DNA of 64,000 nucleotides from the human T2T-CHM13v2.0 reference genome, Homo sapiens: NCBI GenBank assembly GCA_009914755.4, contig CP086569.2, positions 6,592,001 to 6,656,000 of the forward strand, read 5' to 3'. Shown piece by piece: positions 56,156 to 64,000 of this stretch (position 1 is its first letter; each line of letters starts with the position of its first letter). The notes under the pieces were generated by a model. It saw only the letters and a program-made list of their open reading frames with translations, ran no database searches and was not told where the DNA came from. The position numbers and the translations under genes were made by a program.

Positions 56156-56756
56156 TAACAGAAGGGCAGTTTTTGAAGAAATGAAGCAGGACTTGATGTG
56201 GATTGTCATAAACTGTTTCTCCCTAAAGAGGTAACTTCTCATGTTTGCTGGTTCACAGGTGTAGGGAGATGTCTTTGATGTGTAGATGTCTGAGTTTGCA
56301 GCTCAGGGTAGCTTTGGGTCTGGGACCCTGCTATTGACCAACCACTTGGTGTGCGTGGGCTGTTTTTCCATGTGATGGGACAGGGGAATGCTGTGTACAT
56401 GGCCGCTGTTCCACTTGGAATGTTGGCTGAGCGCTGCTGGCCTGTGTCCCTGGAATCCTCTCTGATTCAGCCATCAAACATTAACTGAGAGGTCACAGCC
56501 ACCAGCAGAGCTTCTGAACCTGGCCCTGTTCTGGCCAGAGGGTCAGGAAGAGAAGACGTTTTGCCCTTGCATTTTCTGTGTCTGGAATCAAAGGTTTTTT
56601 CCACTGAGTCTTGTGTGGTTTTCTTAGAAAGAAATGCTCTCCTGGGAGAGTCTTGGGTGCCAAGTGAAACATCTTTCAAGACCTGTGGCTTTTTTCAGGG
56701 AAATGTTAAACCAAGCAAATGTCTGCTAAGAAGAGTTCTGTATTTGAAAGTTCTTG

Positions 56757-57040
<284 letters not shown>

Positions 57041-57466
57041 ACTTTTAAAAAAGAAAATTCTCAGTGTTAGGTGAAGGCTTGACCCTGGAATTTTCTCTCT
57101 TGGTGGTGGTGGCATCACATGATAAACAGGTGACCTGACTCAGGGCCCTGCAGGATCAGCTTCCAGTGGCAGTTGTGAAGGTAGGGATATGATTTCACAT
57201 TCTCATTGGAACCCACACAGAAGATTCAGCTGCTTTTAGAGTATCTGTCAGTTCCATCCATCCTGGGTACGATGTCACACTCATAAACAAACTACACAGA
57301 AACTGGAATTTCACTTTGGAGGAAAAAAATTTAAATTCTGTTAGATAAGGTAAATACCAGTAGTTTAAAGCCACAAAGGATGTCTTTCTTTCAGGTAAAG
57401 CTACTCTTCTGTGCTCATACAATATGATAGAACAGCTGCTTACATTTTTTATGTCAAGAATTTCAG

Positions 57467-57762
57467 ACCAGGTGTGGTGGCTCACACGTAGAATCCCAAC
57501 ACTTTGGGAGGCCAGGGCAGGTGGATCACTTGAGGCCAGGAGTTTGAGACCAGCCTGGCCAACATGGTGAAAGCATATTTCTACTAAAAATACAGTAATT
57601 AGCTGGTTGTGGTGGCAGGTGCCTGTAATCGCAGCTACTTGGGAGGCTGAGGCAGGAGGATTGCTTGAACCTGGGAGGCTTGAACCTTGCAACGAGTCAA
57701 GATTTTGCCACTGCACTCCAGCCTGGGTGACAGAGCAAGACGCGATCACCAAAAAAAAAAGG
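57467..57762 (+). mobile_element. Alu SINE
   Basis: Reads ccaggtgtggtggctcacacgtagaatcccaacactttgggaggccagggcaggtggatcacttgaggccaggagtttgagaccagcctggccaacatggtgaaagc ... cactccagcctgggtgacagagcaagacgcgatcaccaaaaaaaaaa. Confidence 0.9.
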
Positions 57763-58737
57763 AATTTGCTAAAATAAATCGGAGAAGGTTAGGATTTACC
57801 TCATTGTAAGTCAAGAACTTTAGGCAGGGGCTTTTCTTCTAAGAAAAAATGTCATTTATTCCATTTAGACATGTAAATGCTTAGGTGAGCAGAACAAATT
57901 ATTCTCTGGAGATTTAGAAAAAAAATCAGTCTGGTTTCTATGGCTGCATGAATCTGGAAGGTAAATTATTAACCCACTAGACTAAAATTTAACTAAAGAC
58001 TACCTTATGGTGGCAGTCTGTTCAATAGGGCTTTTGTTAGCATGCTTGCATGAAGGCAGACAACTCAAACAATTATTGGCTTGGATGGGGAGCAAATGCA
58101 TTGGGTTAGTTTCTGTGACATGTGTTCTCATTTCTACCAGTGTACTCCAGTTTCAGCCCCTGTATCAGTTATCTATTGATTGCTGTGTAACAAATAACCC
58201 CAAACTCAGCAGGTGAAAACTACAAACACTGATGATCTCACACATGTTCTGAGAATCAGGAATCCAGGTACAGCTTAGCCAAGTGGTTCTGGCTCAGGGT
58301 CTGTCACAAGGTTGCAGCCTGTGCTGCAGCCTCTGAGACCTCGTGTGGGGCTAGAGGATCAATTCTAAGCTCAGTAAGGGTGTCACAGCAGCAGAAGTGA
58401 TGCAGCATCATGTGCAGCAATTCCGTTCGTCTCAGGGACCAACCTGATAAATATGGCACAGGCCGGTACTGGAATGTAAATGCCAAAAGCCGGAGCTCAT
58501 GTGTGCCATTTGAGAAGCTGCCTATCGCGTTCCTGTTTATCTTTTGCATGCATAAATTGGGACCTTGGTTAGAGAATAGCTCCTGTTGAGTCCGTAGTCA
58601 TCCATCAGAAAATGCTAGGAAAAGTAGTTGTTGATTTAGCCACATTCATGCCCTCTCTTTGGAGCCATCAGAGCCCACAAATGGAGACTCTCCTTTAACA
58701 ACTTAGCAGTCAGTTCATTAGAAAGTATTATTTCTCT

Positions 58738-58935
58738 AACCTGGGCAATATATTGAGACTCTGTCTCTACAAAAAAATAGAAATTAGCCAGGCGTGATAG
58801 TGTATTGCTGTAATTCCTGGAACTAAGGAGGCTGAGTTGGGAGGATCACTTGAGGCTTCAGTGAGTCATGATCACATCGGTGCATTCCAGCCTGGATGAC
58901 AGAGCAAGACTATCCCAAAAATTAAAAAAAAAAAA
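58738..58935 (+). mobile_element. Old Alu right-arm fragment with (GAAT)n after the A-tail
   Basis: Reads ctgggcaatatattgagactctgtctctacaaaaaaatagaaattagccaggcgtgatagtg ... gcattccagcctggatgacagagcaagactatcccaaaaattaaaaaaaaaaaaatgaatgaatgaatgaatc. Confidence 0.75.
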
Positions 58936-59964
58936 ATGAATGAATGAATGAATCACATACCTATTTTTTACTCTTAATTGTATTCTTGCACAGAAAAATA
59001 GTTTTGCCTCCAATCAAATCCATACAGTTACTGAGCCCCTAATGGTCGAACCTCCTCAGTTCCCACCTACACCATAAATTAGTATTAATCTTCTAGGTAA
59101 TTTCACAACCACTGCTGCATCTCTGTGCTCCTTCTGCCTCAAGACATGTAGGAAATGTTGGCATTTCCCTTTCAAAAGAACGAAACAATTGAATAACCTT
59201 CTTTACAGTCCTTTGTGCACAATTAACTTAAAAAGTTAATGAGAATATTTTTCTCCAAACACGTTCACAAAGTTTACATTTTCCCTTTTACTCATGATGT
59301 CAGTCCCTTTGTTGGTCTTGGCTCTCACAGCACTAAGATCATTCATCCATTTGTTCATTGGGCAGATGTTTATTGAATACCTATGGGTCCAAGGCACTGG
59401 TCCCAGAAGACAAGGCCATGAGGACAGAGCACAGTACTAAGGGCAAACAATTTTCTCAACAGTGATTTGAGGCCCATGAGATTTGAACAAATGAGCCTCC
59501 TGAGAGCAAGTTCTGGACACTCAGCCTGCCTTAGTGGACATATTGCAGGTTCCTAAGATTTTAGAGTTGGGAGGGAATCTTTGAGATTCGCTTGTAGCCC
59601 TTACATGTTCTAGACACGGCAGATGTCCAGTGAGGAGGTGGCTTCCTCTAGTGGAGAGCTGAAGGTGGGATGAGGCAGTGTTGGTTTTGGCACCACGTCA
59701 CCTAGGCACTTCTGTTACCTGGAAACAAGGCAGAGCTTTGCTTTGGCATGCAGCTTGGTGGTACCAGCATGTTTTTGTCTTCACAGTGACATGACCGTGG
59801 CTCTGAGACCTGAGGCTTAGATGGCAGCCCCACTTCCGGCTTTAATTTTTCCCTGGAGAGTTCTCACCTTCCCTGCTTTCCAAGCCTACCTGAGATGGGC
59901 AACCAAAATTTCCCAAGGCAGGAAATAGTTGAAAATAGAAGTAGAATATGAAAGAGGATGGCTT

Positions 59965-60240
59965 TCATTTGTTTTTTTTTTTTTTTTTCCTTTTCTTCTC
60001 TCTCTGACTCTGTGTTTTTCTTTCCTCATCACTCACAAATAGCATCTACTTATTCAAGCCTTTCCTTCCCTTCTTCTCTTCCTCCCTCCTTCCCTTCTTT
60101 CCTTCCTTTCTTACCCCCTCCCCTCCCCTCCCTTCCCCTCCTCTCCTCTCCCCCGTCTTCTCTCCTCCCTTCCTTTTCTTCCTTACTGCCATCGTCTTTT
60201 CTCCCTGCCTCCCTTCATGAATCATTTTCCTGGCCAATTC
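59965..60240. repeat. Polypyrimidine (CT-rich) low-complexity tract of about 275 bp
   Basis: Reads tttttttttttttttttccttttcttctctctctgactctgtgtttttctttcctc ... ccttcccttcttctcttcctccctccttcccttctttccttcctttcttaccccctcccctcccctcccttcccctcctctcctctcccccgtcttctctcctcccttccttttcttcc. Confidence 0.9.
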
Positions 60241-60939
60241 AATCGACTGAGAAAATCCTTGGAGAAATGGCCATATTTCTTTAACACTGGGTTCCTTTCA
60301 GGGCTCAAGATTCCATTTTTTTTCTCAGTATTTTCTCCTACAGAATAGGAGTCTTCTTCATGCTACAATGTGCACTGTGTACAGAAACTGTGAATAGAGA
60401 AGTAGCCGTTCTTCTTGCTAAGTTTCTTTCAGAAGGTGGTTCCACATAGATGACTTTCACTCTGAACTCAGTATCATGGGGCATGTGTGTGCCCACACAT
60501 TGCCAGTTTCAGTTGTGGGCAAACAGAACTAATACTCTCTCACCAAGATAAACATACAAGGAAAGCACTCTATCTTTGTGCAGCATCATTTGCATCCTAT
60601 AAAATAATGGCTTCTTAAAGCCGACCTGTCTTATGGGTGGTTTTTAATTAGTCCAAGCAGAACCTAATGTGGCCACTAATATTCCACTTGCTAAAACAAG
60701 GACAGTCGAATTCGATCTGTCATCATTGATTAGATGCATGCAGTCACCCAATGCTGTTTGCCCAAGCATCTGTAGGCATAGATTCCCCAGTGCTGATTCC
60801 CCAATTCTTGTAAGGGGCAGGACTTAATTAAATCTTAAAGTGACAGCTGAAAATTTAAGGGTCAGGAAGTCATGTCTAAAACAGGATTGATTATAACAAT
60901 AATAATAGCAGCAACTAAGACTAAACCTGGTTCAGGCTA

Positions 60940-61232
60940 TTTATTTATGAGGCTGAGTCTCACTCTGTCACCCAGGCTGGAGTGCAGTGGCACGATCTCA
61001 GCTTACTGCGGCCTCTGCCGTCCAGGTTCAAGTGAGTCTCCTGCCTCCGCCTCCTGAGTAGCTGGGATTACAGATGCCCACTACCACACCTGGCTAATTT
61101 TTGTATTTTCAGTAGAGATGGGGTTTCACCATGTTGGCCAGGCTGGTCTCAAACTCCTGACCTCAAGTGTCGCGCCCACCTCAGCCTCCCAAACTGCTTA
61201 GATTACAGACATGAGCCGTCACACGCAGTCTC
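60940..61232 (-). mobile_element. Alu SINE
   Basis: Reads gaggctgagtctcactctgtcacccaggctggagtgcagtggcacgatctcagcttactgcggcctctgccgtccaggttcaagtgagtctcctgcctccgcctcctgagtagctgggattacagatgcccactaccacacctggc ... ttagattacagacatgagccgtcacacgcag. Confidence 0.9.
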
Positions 61233-61668
61233 TGGCTCAGGCATTTTGTTTGGGGTCACCTGGTCTTAATTAGCAGCACTCTGGGATTTGAGTGGCGCTG
61301 TGCTGTTGCCCACAAAGCCCATCAGTAGCACCATTGCCTATGTCCTTCAGGACAGTCTGTTAGGGAGGGTGGCCCAGGTGTTGGCATGGTCATCCCCATT
61401 TTATAAGTGAGGGAACCTCAGCCAGGCAGGGTCCTTGCCTGGATCCTCTGTGGGGAACCCTGTGAGCTTGTAACCCCCCATGCAGCCCAGCGTGTCAGTA
61501 GCCCCCAAATTGAGAGATAGAGAGGGCACCGAGGTGTGAGGCCATTGGCTAGCTATGTGAGCCACTTGTCAATCGCCTGGGACTTCTGAGGCCCACAGAC
61601 ATTCACCTGGACCTTGATCAGGTATCTCACAGAACTTGCAATAACTGAGTCTGTTAAAAATAACTTCA

Positions 61669-61968
61669 GGCCAGGCACGGTGGCTCACACCTGCAATCCT
61701 AGCACTTTGGGATGCCGAGGCGGGTAGATCACGAGGTCAGGAGATTGAGACCATACTGAGTAATACGGTGAAACCCCATCTCTACTAAAAATACAAAAAA
61801 TTAGCTGGGCATGGTGGCAGGCGCCTGTAGTCCCAGCTACTCAGGAGGCTGAGGCAGGAGAATGGCGTGAACCCGGGAGGCGGAGCTTGCAGTGAGCTGA
61901 GATTGCATTACTGTACTCCTGCCTGGGCAACACAGCGAGACTCCGTCTCAAAAAAAAAACAAAAAAAA
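61669..61968 (+). mobile_element. AluY SINE flanked by an approximately 9-13-bp TSD (aaaaataacttca / aaaaaacttca)
   Basis: Reads ggccaggcacggtggctcacacctgcaatcctagcactttgggatgccgaggcgggtagatcacgaggtcaggagattgagaccatactgagtaatacggtgaaaccccatctc ... ggaggcggagcttgcagtgagctgagattgcattactgtactcctgcctgggcaacacagcgagactccgtctc plus poly-A. Flanks are aataacttca before and aacttcaaacac after. Confidence 0.9.
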
Positions 61969-64000
61969 ACTTCAAACACAGAAAACCACTTTTTGTTTCC
62001 TAGATAAGTGTAGTATTCAACTAGAATGACTGGAGGTTTTTAATTTGTTTCACATTGATCAAGGGGAAAAATAAAAGATATATCTTTTTATCGTTAGACC
62101 TTCCAGTAATGTGTGAAGTCTAGTAATAGCATGTGTGTCAGAATAACTCAGTTGTAAAGTCTACATTATGATGCTACTCATCCCTTAAATGTAGACAAAA
62201 TGGGGACAATAGCTCTCGCTGCAAGCCCATCTACTCTACCCATGTATGTTGGCAGGGATATGGTACCATGTGGCTTCTACTTCTCCATCCACTTTATGGT
62301 TAGTGTTCACGCTCATTATAAAAACTCAACAAGACCAGAAATATCGTATGAGTCCTCAAGAAGGAAAATGCAGTGTTCCAGGGAGTTATGGCATCCACTA
62401 CCGGCTCTGAACTTTCTTAAGTTAGTATATTTATCCAGGAACTCATACTTACCAAACTGTTTTTTAAGTTTCTTTCCTAAGTCATGCACACTCCAAGCTA
62501 AGTGTCATGGCTGCAGAGGCCCATGCCCTCATGGAGCTTGCCTGGTATTTGGGACACTGGTACCAAACAGAGAAACAAAGAAACAAAATACTTTGATGAC
62601 AGTAACACATCCTGTGATAGAGATGAACAGTGTAACATGGGTTGGAGGAGATTCCACATTAGATGTAAGAAGGCCTCTATGAGGAAGAGACAGATGAACT
62701 GAGGTCTGTAGGATGTGGCTGGAAGAGCCAGGAGAAGAGAGTTTCAGGTGAAGAGGCCAGCACATGCAAAGACCAGGTACCCAGGCGCCTGAGGGAAAAG
62801 ACAGAAGCCAGGCCAGCATGGTGGAGTAAGTGACCAACAGGGAGCTGAGGTGAGAGGTGGATGTGGTGAGCAGACCCTGCAGTGCCTTGTAGGCCGTAAT
62901 GTGGGAAATTAAGGAACCAGAGAGACCGAGTGGAGTGCAGGAAAGTGTTTATTTGAGGTGTACACTAGCTTTGTGGACATGTGTCCTGAAAGTCTGAGCC
63001 CAGAACAAAGAAAATGAGTTCCCTTTAAGTATCTTGAGGCAGGCACTGTGTGAAGCAGGAAGCAGGCTTACAGAAGTGAGAAGAAAGGCTGCTGTGACAC
63101 TTTTGCAACATATCTTACATCTCTGGGATATCTTCGTTTGCAGCTTATGCTTATCTGCCTTGTGACTTTGCATCTTTGCAGGGAAGAAAGAAACAGGAGT
63201 TTACAGAGCCTGTGAAATATGAGGAGAGTAGATATGGTTAATGTTTCTTGGGACAGGCAGTTAATATTCTCCTTTAACTTTAACTTCTCGGGAGCTACTT
63301 AAATTCTTTTTAGCCTTGATTAATACAGCAATTCAGTCTATGAGCTGTTATTATTATTTTGGTTACGATTACTATAATCTTTACTATTACTACTTATGCT
63401 ACTATTCTGTTGTTTTCTTAATTTCCTACTTCAATAATACTAAGACAGAGAGTGTGGACTAGAAGCCACCCAGCAGCTTCCTACCACACTAATCAGTGGC
63501 TGGATGCCAGATGCGGGATGGACTGTGATCACTCCAATTTTGTCCCAGGCAGGGAGATAACTTCACCTTCCATTAGCATAGCTCAGTGGAGCCAAGAAGG
63601 GAAGAAGACAGATTCAGGACATCCTTCAGCACCAAATATCATTGGACATATGTCCTGGCTAGGGGAGTGAAGGTGTGGCATGTGACTGTGGAGATGTGAC
63701 TTATGGAGACCACGGGCTAGAAAAGGAACGAGATGCTGTGGATGGGAGGGTGGAGATCTCCACTGTAGGCATGCCACATTTAAGATGCTGCTTGGACCTC
63801 CAAGTGGCCAAGTCATGCAGGCCATGCAGGGATGAGTAAGGAGCTCTAGAGGGCAGGGGCTGGAGACATCTGGGATATAGTGCTGGGGACTGGATGTGTT
63901 CACTGGGGAGACAGATAGTGGTGCAGTCAGCCAGGGGCACTCAAATGTCTGGAAGAAGCCTTTTAGAACAAGGTCTCCAAACTATTTCCAGAGTCATTTA

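Noticed and set aside
57195-57752. 185-aa minus-strand ORF
   Set aside because: It runs through an Alu element (57467-57762) read in antisense. The translation contains the typical Alu-derived peptides (SVTQAGVQW..., [11 protein letters not shown]...).

Overview
This window is primate, almost certainly human, genomic DNA that is dense in interspersed repeats. It shows no CpG island, no convincing host protein-coding exon and no RNA gene. It reads as intronic or intergenic sequence. Roughly 40 Alu SINEs or Alu fragments occur on both strands, several of them young AluY copies with intact target-site duplications (TSDs). The two dominant structures are these. (1) An L1PA-type LINE-1 lies on the minus strand at 11070-15132. 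It has a complete 5' end, ORF1 and the ORF2 endonuclease, but an internal deletion of about 3 kb fuses the reverse-transcriptase (RT) region directly to the last ~40 nt of the 3'UTR plus poly(A). It is flanked by a perfect 17-bp TSD. (2) A HERV-K (HML-2-like) provirus lies on the minus strand at 18727 to about 25765. Its 3' LTR (LTR5-like, 1014 bp), env, integrase/RNase H, protease/dUTPase and most of gag are recognisable. It lacks the 5' LTR, the leader and the gag N-terminus, and it carries an internal deletion of most of RT. The HERV-K sits inside the env transmembrane (TM) region of an older gamma-type (class I) ERV fragment at 16430-18726 on the plus strand. It is bracketed by two paralogous copies, about 85% identical, of the same env-TM/downstream segment. 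A third, more diverged copy of that segment lies at about 6330-7400. The remainder is Alu, MaLR LTR fragments, a MER30-like hAT element, an old L1 3' fragment, microsatellites and two long polypyrimidine tracts. Prokaryote-style systems such as operons or CRISPR do not apply here, and the ORFs in the six-frame track are essentially all retroelement remnants or repeat artefacts. All calls are by eye from the sequence. Coordinates of repeat boundaries are approximate, within about 10-30 bp.
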